From NCBI RefSeq assembly GCF_022539665.2, contig NC_081334.1, positions 2,604,001 through 2,668,000 of the forward strand: a DNA stretch of 64,000 nt, in the 5' to 3' direction. The notes beneath the pieces were generated by a model that had not been told where the DNA came from, searched no databases, and worked only from the letters and a program-made list of their open reading frames with translations. Of the stretch, positions 48,965 through 60,702 are shown in pieces (position 1 is the stretch's first letter; each line of letters starts with the position of its first letter). The position numbers and the translations under genes are program-made. Source of the DNA: Daphnia carinata. Its lineage: Eukaryota.

Positions 48965-51900
48965 TCATACGTCCGTCGACCGCGAACTGATACTGGACGA
49001 GGATCGTGAATGAATCACTACTTTGTGTCCGTTTTTCGTAGCGTATCCGTCACTGTCTATCAGGATGGCCGTTTGTTGGTGTTGCAAGTCACTCGATGCA
49101 CCAGCAACGGCTGAACTAGATGAAGGGTCGTGTGCCCCGGCTTCGCCCGTCCTTCTGCCAGTTTCACTGCCCGCACCGCTACAACCATCGCCGTCAGTGG
49201 AGCCTGATCCTCGCGGTTTATCACGATGTCGTCGCCACGCGTTCTGAATGAGCCGGGCGCAATACTCTTCACGCTGTCGCCACAGGGTAGACGAAACCGG
49301 GTCGTACCCGGGTCGTTCAATGGCCTGGGCCGCTTCGTCGATTTCAACCGGTTCTTCTATCGGGTTGCCTTTGCGGGCGAAAAAGTCGCGCGTCAGTGCG
49401 TCCAGGATATCGACGCAGTACATCAAATCTCCTCGACAGATGGGAATATCCATCGAGACGATTTTGTACTTGTTGGGCTTGTGAATTTGTAATGGCGGTT
49501 CCAGCACGTCCAGGAAATCGGGTAGCTGATCGTAACGAATGTACTGCGTGCCCTCCGGATCGAATTGCTGCCAAATTTCGTAGTACATGTCGTAGTCGTC
49601 GTCTGTTAAACCTTCCTGGACGTCTTCGGTAGCTTGTGAGTAATTCTCCAAAATAACGGCAATGTACATGTTGATGACGATCAAGAAAGAGATGACCAGG
49701 TAGGAGAGCAAATAAGCGATGCCCATCGTGGTGTGACCGCAGTTGCCGGGATCGCCTGTTTCGGGATTGGGCAAATTGCACTCGACCTCGTTGATGATGC
49801 CCTCCAATACACTGTCCCATCCGGCTGACGTCGACATCTGGAAGAGCAAGATCATCGCTTTGCCAAACGTTTCAAAGTTGTAGACTTCGTCGATGCCCGA
49901 CTTGTGCTTGACGTTCATGAAGAACGACATGCCGAAGATGGCGTAAATGAACATGACCAAGAAGAGCAGCAGGCAAATGTTGAACAAGGCCGGCAAAGAC
50001 ATGGCCAAGGCGAATAGTAGTGTCCGGATACCCTTGGCGCCTTTAACGAGACGCAAGACTCGGCCAACTTTGGCTACTCGCACAACACGCAACAATGTCG
50101 GCGACACGAAGTACTTTTCGATCAAGTCGCTCAATACCATACCTGCAAAAAAGCAAAAAAGAAGTTAGTGAACGTCAGCTGTTAAGGCTCGGCTCAGATT
50201 CACTGAGTACCGGAACGTGCTGGCGCGACAGAATTATTATTATTTTTTTTTTTTTTCACGCGCAAGTACGTTCCGGCAATAAGCCAGATTTCAAGTAATC
50301 CAGTCAGTTGAAACGTATCAAAAGACAAAATTGAAAATTTGAGAGAATTGCGAACCCAATATGGACAAAATGACGACGACGAAATCGAACAGATTCCACG
50401 GCTCCTTAAAATAGTAATGGCGAAGAGCGAACACTTTGAGACTGCACTCGGCCGTGAAGATGACGATGAAAAATATGTTGAGGTAGTCCAATATGTTGGA
50501 CAAGATCTGGGCCGGCTTGTACTGATCCAGCGTCATGGTCAACATGTTCAGCCCGATGAACAACATGATAATCATGTCGAACTTTTTATTGGTGACGATT
50601 TGAAAGACGATCGCTTGCGGACGCCACTGTCAATGCGCAATGAATCAAAAGGTTTTTTTTTTATCGATCAAGATGAACGGGGATCACGACTCGTGTTCGT
50701 ACCTGAGGTCTGGGAATGGCTTTGAGTGGCTTTTTCGAGCCCATTTTCTTCATGGCGCTGTAGTATTTCTTCTGATCTTCGGTCATAAACATTTCCAGCG
50801 AGCCACCAGCTTTCTTTTTCTGTTCGTTGAAGTTGTCAATGATGACTCCAATAAAGAGGTTGAGCGTGAAGAACGAGCCGAAGATGATGAAGAACACGAA
50901 ATAGAGGTACATGTAGATATTGACCTCCCTCTTCGGCTGCTCGTCCACCTGTCAAACGGAAACATGTCGGTTTCATAGTTTAGCAAAGATCCAGACGATT
51001 AGAATGGGTGGGGCGTTACGTCTCGAGAATCGGTGGCATCTTTCATAATTTGCATCCAGCCTTTGAATGTGGCAACTTGGAAGAGTGACAAATAAGCTTT
51101 GCCGACGTGGTCGAAATTCATGGGCGAGTTTTCCCAGGTGTAATTGCTGCTCTCTGCCTTCTCTAAACACTGCGTCTTGTTCTTGACGAACTCGACCGAG
51201 ACTACTTCGCCTTCCGAATCAACACACTGTAAACAGAAATGATTGGATTTTAAGGGTACGCATCGCTCGTGTCATCGAATGCAAATTCTTTTCGATTACC
51301 TTGTAATATTTACCGGCGAACATTTGAACTCCCATGATGGCAAAGATGAGCCAAAGAATAAGACAGACCAACAACACATTGAAAATGCTAGGAATGGCCT
51401 GGATGAGCGCGTTGACCACCACCTATGGAGGTCGTTTTGCACACAGGGATATTTAAAAAAAAATTTATATTAGTTCCAATTATCATAAAAGTACATTTTT
51501 TCATCTTCACGTTTCGATTTACTTTCTTGCTTTAGAAAAAAAAAAAATAATAAAATAAAAAATGGGGAACATAACCGAGTTGAAACAGGGAAACTGGCCT
51601 TGCTGTTTATATACAATCAAATGTTGCACTAGCATAAAAAAAAAAAAAAAAAAAAAGAAACATTACAGTGATCTCTCAGAATTTATAACCATTCGATAGA
51701 AAAATAAAGGAATGTATATTGTGGAATAGATAATTAAAAAAAAAAACGGATTCTATGAATTACTTTAAATACGAACGAGAGGTTTGAAATCTTTGCATGC
51801 CCAATTCGTTTGCTTTCCGATTATATTTAACGATACAAAAAAAAACGTGGTTGAAATATCAAACCCAACTAAACGCATGCCTCGACTAGAAAAAAAAAAA

Positions 51901-53509
51901 ATCAATCCCGATTCATGTTTTGAACATATTTACCGTCCTGTTTTTAAGTTTTTAAGTCTCCTTCTTTTTTACGTCATTAGCACAATTTCGAAATGGGAGA
52001 GCTCACTCTTTTGTTTTCATTTGTTCATCTTGCAAGTACCGATGGCCGGTGCTTGTCGTTTTTAATGTTTTAACATTTTTAGTTGTATGCAAAGGTGATC
52101 GATTATCCGTCTCGGGATGATTAGAACGCAAAAACTCGTGAACGACGGAATGTGCAACCGACAACGATCGTCATTTCGCTCAAAAATCTCCGGTGTAAAA
52201 GAATAAAAGTGTTTTTTTTTTTGTTTTTTTAAAGAGGGAAATAGAATTAAAAGAGGGCGCAGTCTCAGAAAATTGAGCAGAATGGGGGATTTAAAATTGT
52301 TGAGGATTGGGATCAAAGAGCAACATGCTTGAAACATTTACGTTTTAGTTTGTTGTTTTGATTCTTATTCGCCACCCGACCAGAGGATCAGACGAAAAAA
52401 AAGCCAAAGGAAACATGAAATAACATTGGAAAGCGTGTCAAGACTTGAACCCGGACAACAGATCAATCATGCCATACATTTCTTGTCCTTCAAAACACTA
52501 CGTTCTACACACCGCGGATTGGGTGTGGCCCCGTTGGCAGGCACGACGATCATGCAATTGAATCGATTGAAGCGCGTTCGCAATGCGCAAGCCGAAAATA
52601 AAAATATAAACGTGATCTTTTCGTTAAAAAAAAAAAAAAAAAAAAAAAAAGACTCAAGTGAACAGAAAAAGAAAGCAAGAAAAAAAATGAAAGATGGGGA
52701 AGTGCTTTACAGTACAAATGCAAGGTGTTGGTTTGATCTTTTTTTTTTTTTTTTTTTTTTGTGTGTGTTTTGGTTTGTTTACCCTCATGCCCTGAAAGCG
52801 AGCCAAAGCCCTCAGCGGTCTCAGCGCTCGCAACGTCCGCATCGTTTTGAACGCTTGAATCTTGCCGCCGCCAAAAAGCGAGGCCACATAATTCACCAAC
52901 GAGACCTGAACACAACACGAACACAATTACCACTCGGATTATGGGATCTTTTACTTTTTTTTGTTTTGTTTTGTTTTTTGTGTCCCTCTTGGCTTTTAAT
53001 TTTTTTTTTTTTTTGTTTGTTGCTGTCGCTTCATTTTGTTGCGGGTTTTCCTTTTTTTTTTTTTTTTTTTCAAAGCAACAAGACATTTTAAGCGTTTGAC
53101 ATCCAGTTGTCAATGTATGCCATCACGACACACATAACTGGATGGCAAAGAGATCAAACTCAAAAAGAAAAAAGGCACACACGCACGGCCACCAACACAC
53201 ATTGAGGAATGGCAATCACGCTCACAAGATATCAAGTGGAAAATGAGAAATGGAATAGATAGATCTACACAAGTCCTATGGCAGACGCTATGTAGACCTA
53301 AGACACATCGTATCCTTACGCTTTCAAATAATCGGTGCGTTCTCTCTTTTTTCTCGGCTAGAACGAGAACCCAGAAAAATCAGAAGCCAAAAAAAAACAA
53401 AAAACAAAAGAACAATGAAATCAAACGGTACGATGGACATGGCCAAAAATTAAAATATAAAAAACAGAAATAAAAAAACAAAACAACAATGGTTAGCGGA
53501 CAGCAGAAG

Positions 53510-53541
<32 letters not shown>

Positions 53542-55516
53542 CACAGCCAACACGCGAAGGCTAGAATAGAGAGAAAAGCGACGGACATTAGACACATTAT
53601 CTTTCTCGCGGACTATAATAAATATGTACGGCTACCGCAAATCAAAAAATCAAAAAAAAAAAAAACATCCATAAAACAGCCGCCTCTGGAAATATGAAAC
53701 ACGGCATCGGTCGGGGGGGGTGGGTGGTGGTAGATGCGCGTAGACGTAGGAATCAAAAGATAGAGAGCGAGAGAGAGAGAGACGGTATCGGAAATGAGGA
53801 GATTTGAAAATTTGGTTGAACGATTTCATTTCAGCCCGATTAGCATTTTGGAAAAGTTCCTACGCGTTTAAGACAATTCTCGAAGACGTTCGCGGGTCGC
53901 TACGTGAAAAAAAACTCGTGTCGCTCAGTTTTGTTTTTGCAACGACTAGGACAACACACGATTAAAAGTACTTAAAAACTTACACGCATGCCCTCCCACC
54001 GCGAAACGGCACGCAACGGTCTGAGTGCCCGCAGTGTGCGCATCGAGCGGAAAGCTGGGATATCGGCCGCCCCGGCCAGAGTAGCCGCCAAGTTGACCAG
54101 CGAGAGCTAATGGAGTCACAAACAAGTTTAATGTGCCGTGGATAATTTTAAAAACAAACAAAAAAACAAAACAAAACATGACGGTCAATGAATGTATGCA
54201 GCATAGATTGGCGGACTTGGTTGTCAAAGGCCTACGACAAAATGTACGTACGAGGCCCATAACGGGGAGGGGTTTTTCAAACGGATTTTGTCTGACTGTC
54301 CGCTGCGCTTTGCACCCGAAAAAAAAAAAAAAAAAAAAAAAAAAACGAAACAAAATGAAAAAAAAAAAAACACGAACAAGCATCACGCAAAACAGAAAGG
54401 AAATGAGGGTTGGGGGGGGAGCAAAGAGGAGGAAATAAAAAAAAATGGCTACATCAAAAAGTCCGCGCGTCACGCCACTGCGCGGAACTAGCTGCCCTTA
54501 AAAACACAACCGATCGATTAGTCACAAGATCAATATCAGCACACAGAGATACGGGGCAAATGCAGACAGACGGGGGAGGCCCTTCTCTTTCCTGTAATGA
54601 AACTTTTATCCTTTTTCGTTTTTAATTAATAAGAAAAAACCTTAACGTTCCAGCCATTAATCCAAACGCCGAGACACGGATGTCTCTCTCTCTTTTTCAC
54701 TGCGTGACGAATGACTTCAAATCATAATTTACGTCGCTCATCTTTTTTTTTTTTTTTTTCTTTTGAAAGGGGGTTCGGCGTGTGCCATCCATTTTGCATT
54801 TAAATATGAGGAAAAAAAAAAAAAAAAAAAAAATTTCATGATGTACCATGACGATGATGAAGTCGAGCCAGCACCAGGCGTTTGTAAAGTAGTTCTTGAA
54901 GCCAAGTGCCAGCCACTTGATGAGCATCTCAATGAAAAAGATGACGGTGAAGATACGGTCCATGTAATAAAGGATGTCCTGTAGGACGGGCCTCTCCGAT
55001 AGGTAAATATCCTCCAGAGCCTTAGGGAAGAGTAGGGATATATAAGTTATTGGATTTGCTGTGACAGACAAGAGACAAAAAAATAATAATATGTTGGACT
55101 CTGGCACACGTTTGTGTTTGTCTTCAATAAATAAATAAATAAATAAATAAAAAAAAAAAATGATGTCCTTACGAGAGCCAAACTGGATAGGAGGATCATG
55201 ATGATGACGGCCGTCTCAAAGTACTTGTTTTCGATGAGCCGGAAGGTCTTGAGTCGGAGCATGGCCCAGCCTTGCCAGAACGGCGACTCGTCATTGCCTT
55301 TGATGATGGGAATCTTCTCGTACCAATGATCCGGGAAGCAAGCGTCCGGGTATTGCGGATCTTCTTCGCTGTCCACGCGAGCCGCTATTTTCGGGATAGC
55401 CTTCTCCTCTTCGCCATCCGTCCCATCTTCGTGTCCGTCTCCAAACGACCGACCTTCTTCATCGACCTCTTCCGGCCCGTCACCTTTAAAGCTCTCACCG
55501 TCGACATCATCTGCGT

Positions 55517-55604
<88 letters not shown>

Positions 55605-56771
55605 CCGTAAGCTACCCTTATGACTGTCATCCCTCGTTATCCGGTGGCAATGGCTCCCATAAGATTGGTAACTGTCAACAAAACAAAATAAAAAAAAAAA
55701 ACAAACAAACAAACATAAGAAAACAAGAGCATTTTGCAAGAGCATCCTTGGATTGCGCGTCACACACCTGATAGTGTCATCGTCTTTGACGGTTTTACGG
55801 CAGTCAATGTCGAGGACGAGCTCGTCGGGCCGTTTCTTCGTGCTATTCATTCCGATGATGCAACCCGAAGCGTTGTTGGGCGTCTTCTTGTTTTTCAATT
55901 TACTCATCGATTCATCTGCAAATAAAAATGAAAAAAAAAAAACAGAAAGTTTATTAGTTAACTTGTTCATTTTAGATCTTTAAAGGGTTGAATGGGGATT
56001 TGAAGAGCTTTAGGGAAAGGTGATCAAGGGATTGAATGAGTGTCTGTCGGAATGCGGAATACCGCGCATGACGCTGTCTACGGCGTCGTAGCACTGTAGT
56101 TCGACGGGCGTCGGCGCTGTGCCGTCGTTGCTGCCGCTATTGTTAGCCATCTTAGCCGCACCGGTATTGTTCATCTCCACATCCGTCTCGCGGTTGGACA
56201 TGTCTGCACCAGCCGAAGGAGTTTTCGAGAAACGCCGAGTACACAAGAAACAATCACGCAAGAGAGAGAGAGAGAGAGAAAAAAAAAAGGAGAGAACAAA
56301 CAATAAGCAAAGACCCTTTTTTATCGCCTGATTTCAGAAACAAATTTCAAAAGCTCAGATATTTTTTTCTACCAATGACGGCTAATTTAGAAATTCTCGT
56401 CTAAAACGTAAAAAGGGAAGGGACACGGGCGTCGGGCAAAAACAAAAATACGTACAAACGACTACTGCAATGTCGAACGAGTGAAAAGAAATGGCCGTGC
56501 TAATCAAACCAGATACCATACAATTCAAGCTTTCACCATGCCTGACGCAAACTTAATACGAATAAAAAAAAAAAAATTACCCAAACGCAAATGAAAAAGA
56601 ATCAATTCATCAAACGTTATGTAAGCAAAAGTGCGATGACAAAACTTAAGGTTAAAAAAAAAAAAAAAAAAAAAAAATGAGTTGGATCCCACGAAAATGA
56701 AGGGCCATCAAGTAGTTTACTACATTTTCGGGAGGATTGAATTAAGTTCAAAGAAAAACAAAATGGCTGAT

Positions 56772-56802
<31 letters not shown>

Positions 56803-57322
56803 GAAAACACTTAAACAACAAAAGCTTAACACCAAGTGTAGGTAATGGCCGAAAGAGACCCAAATTGAACTACTGCAATAGCCTGGCATTAAAATGGGGA
56901 TTTTAATTGAATATAAGTAAAAATTCATGACCACTGGTACGTTTAAATGTGATTTTCAAAACAAATCATAAACAAAAAAAAAATAATAAATAAATAAAAT
57001 TTGAGGGAGGGATAAATACATTTATGAAAGTGTAATTAAAAATTAATTACGCCACTACGACTACGGGAACTACAGTTTTGAAAAAAAAAAAAAAAAAGGG
57101 GGGGGGGGGCTCAATCGTGATAGCTATTCTCGTCCACCATCGAGTGTCTACACATCAAAAAGAGAAAAACCAATTCAAACGGAAGATATAATCAAGAGGA
57201 CTAAGAAGAGGGTGAAAAGCTCCGACTAGGAGAAGAAAAAAAAAAAATATTTCAATGACACTAGTTTTCTATGCACTACGATATACATCTACTATGCGTG
57301 TACGTTATGTTGCACATTTACT

Positions 57323-57366
<44 letters not shown>

Positions 57367-58318
57367 GATAATATTTTTTTGTTTTTGTTTTAAAAGAAAT
57401 ATGAGATGGAATACATACACTTGTAGAATGGCCTGAGTTTCATGTACGTTATATCCCGGAACGCTGCATTTTGTTTGTTTTTTTTTAGGATTATTTTTGT
57501 TTTTTTTATTTGTTTTTGTTGTTGTAAAAATGGCGCCCCCAAAAAGACAAGATGGAGAAGAGAGAAAAAAAAACAAGAGATAGAAAAAAAGAGAAAAAAC
57601 GGTGAAGTAAGAGAAGAGAAAAATAAAATAGTTGCAACAGCAGCAGATGAAACTCAACAAATGTAAACAAGTCGATTGAGGCTGCTACGTAGAACTAAGA
57701 TTGATTCGTTTTCCTTCAAAACTCAAATCACTTGCTCACTTCATAACTTCGTTGTTGATTGATGTTGGCGTGAAAAAAGAAAAAAAAGAGACTGAATCAA
57801 GGAGCTAGCGAAAGAGAGACGGAGCCAAATTCGAATGAGTTCTATCATCAAACCCTCAAGTTCGATGCCATTCTCAATTCGCTTTGTTACGTTTCTTTTC
57901 ATTTCCCTTCGGTTTCGTTTTTTGTTCCTTCCAATGTCTCGCCCTTTTTTTCATTGGCTGTTTGTGGACCGGTCCGTTCATTTTTTTTTTTTTGTGTGTG
58001 TGTGTGTATGTGTGTGTCTGGAAATGTTGTTAAGGAAATTGAATCGAGGCAAGTCCCCCCTCTCCCCGGAAGCGTGTCAAATCTTTGTAATGGAACGAGC
58101 ATCGAACGTTTTTTTTTTCTTTTGACAAATCATTATGATAAAGGCAGTAACCGAATAGAGAGCGTGCGGACGGATCGCACACGAGTCTCAATCCGGCGAT
58201 ATCCGGATCCGACCGCTCGGTCAAACGTTTGTTAGTTTTCCTCCCGTTCAGTCCGATTTTTTTTTTTTTTTTTCAAGACAACAACAACCAACAGAATGAC
58301 AATCAAATTCGGCAAAAA

Positions 58319-58354
<36 letters not shown>

Positions 58355-58407
58355 AAGGCCATAACACATGATGAGTGTGTCGCCTAAAGTCGATATGTCC
58401 TTTTTTT

Positions 58408-58438
<31 letters not shown>

Positions 58439-58658
58439 CGAATGACACTTTAATCAACTCGGCTCGTGACGTCAAACTCGTCCAATTGTCATTTAAAGCC
58501 CTGACGTTTTGATCGCATTCGACGACTGTGACTTTCATTAACTCGGGAACAGTCAAAAATACCCCGCGCTAACGTACGAAATTTTTAATAAGCAATTCAT
58601 CTCTTTTGCAATACGAGCCGAGTTGAGAACGAGCCAAATGAGTTTGAGAACACACACC

Positions 58659-58689
<31 letters not shown>

Positions 58690-60662
58690 AGGTTAAATAC
58701 ACACATTTTAAATTACATCCGCCAATGTCTTTGGTCCTTCTACGAAATTGTGCATCGTCTAAATTGCCAGAGATCTGATTTCTTTACATTTTTTTTTGTT
58801 TGTTTTTCACAAATATTTGACGATGTTCATGAATTTGGCCCCAATTTCATACTGGCCAGCTAAAAAAAACTATTTAGAATGGAAAAGAAATGAAAAGAGG
58901 CAACTCACCTGGCGCTCTCTGGTCGGAGATCTGGTTGGTCAGTTTCGATCGGACCATACGGAAGCCGTTGACGATGGAACGTCTCACCCAGTGTTTGAAA
59001 CGGGATATCCGATTGAAGGCCTCCGTTAACTTGTTGGTGTCGTTGTCCACCTGTGGCGCCGAAAGGTTCGACGCGCCGAAGCTGCTGAGCAGCAAGGCTA
59101 AAAAGAGGTTCAACACCTGCAAACATTCCCGCGCCGCCGCCAAAAAAAAAATTTCAAATTCAAAAATCAACTCGTACTAATTCAAAACAATATTGAAACA
59201 TACCACAAGGTTGCCGATGACGACAGTTGCCAGGAAGAACGGGATGCAGGTGGAATCGCCGACCAACATACAGTCCCACATGGATTCGATCCATTCACCG
59301 CACAACACTCGGAATACAATCATGAACGAGTGCATGAAATCTATGAAATGCCAACGTGGCATTTCCTTGTCTGGAAACCGGTCGACGTTGTCTGCGTGAC
59401 AAATTGCAAAATGTCGAGAAGGATTGAAGAAATCCTTGTGACATGTCACGGCCCTTGCGGGGGCTATAATAACGTACCGATATAATTTTTGCCGAAGAGC
59501 TGCATGCCCATGACGGCGAAAATGAAGATGATGATGCACAAGACGAACGTCAAGTTACCCAACGCGCCCACCGTTTTTCCCATGATGGAAATGAGCAAAT
59601 TGAGCGTCGGCCAAGATTTCGCCAATTTGAATACTCGTAGCTGCGATTTTGAAGGAAGGCAGTCCGTCAATTGAATGCAATTCAAAAAAAAAAAAAAAAA
59701 AAAATTGCGGAGAGAAAAATACCAATCGGAATGAGCGAAGGACGGAGAGGCCTGAAACGCCTTCCAAGCCGAGCTCGAGGAGCGACAAGAAGACGATGAT
59801 GAAATCGAAAATGTTCCAGCCCTCTTTGAAGTAGAATTTGGGGCTGATGGCGATTAATTTAAACGTGGCTTCAATAGCAAAAGTAGCCGTGAAAAACTGT
59901 TTCATTTGCGCATAAAAATATCATCCATTAATTAATTATTCAAAATTCAAAATAAAAAATAAATAAATAAATAAATAAATAAACAAAACAATTACGTAGT
60001 TGCCCATTTTGAGGGCGCGGTTCATCTCCTCGTTCATGCCGTGATGATCGAGTGCCATGAAAAGCGTGTTGACGACGATGCACAACGTGATGAAGAGCTC
60101 GATGAACGCGTCGTAGACGAAAAGGCTGATGAGCTTCTGGAACTTGACCCAGTAAGGCGAGCAGTCCCACACACAGCAAATGTCCAACCACTTGAGCGAA
60201 AGAGCCAGCAGCCGCTCCTTGATCTTGGGACCTTCATCCTCTTCATTCATCGCGTCTGCGGTCGGCAATAGATTTGAGTTCAAAATAAAAAGGGCCCCGT
60301 TCGTTCATTCAGCCCCATCGAAAAAAAGAGTGAGGCCGAAATCAACGCGTGAAAAACTTACGTGAATGGAGACGATGTTCTCGATGCTCCCCGTGATGAT
60401 GGCGGACCATGCGCTCCGGTCCCATGTCTTGCATTGCTATGGCATCTAAATCATCATCGACTGGACGAATAAAGATCAAGTACAAATCATTATTTTATTT
60501 GATGATGGAATTCTTTGAAAAAAAAAAAAAAGATGAAATGATTTCGAAATGATCAAACCTTTGTGATGAGCGATGGCGTGTTTCTGGCTCTGCTCGATAA
60601 AAGGATTGTCCACGGCATTGTGATCCTGTCATCATTGTTTTGAACGAGAGTTGGAAAAAAAA

Positions 60663-60702
<40 letters not shown>

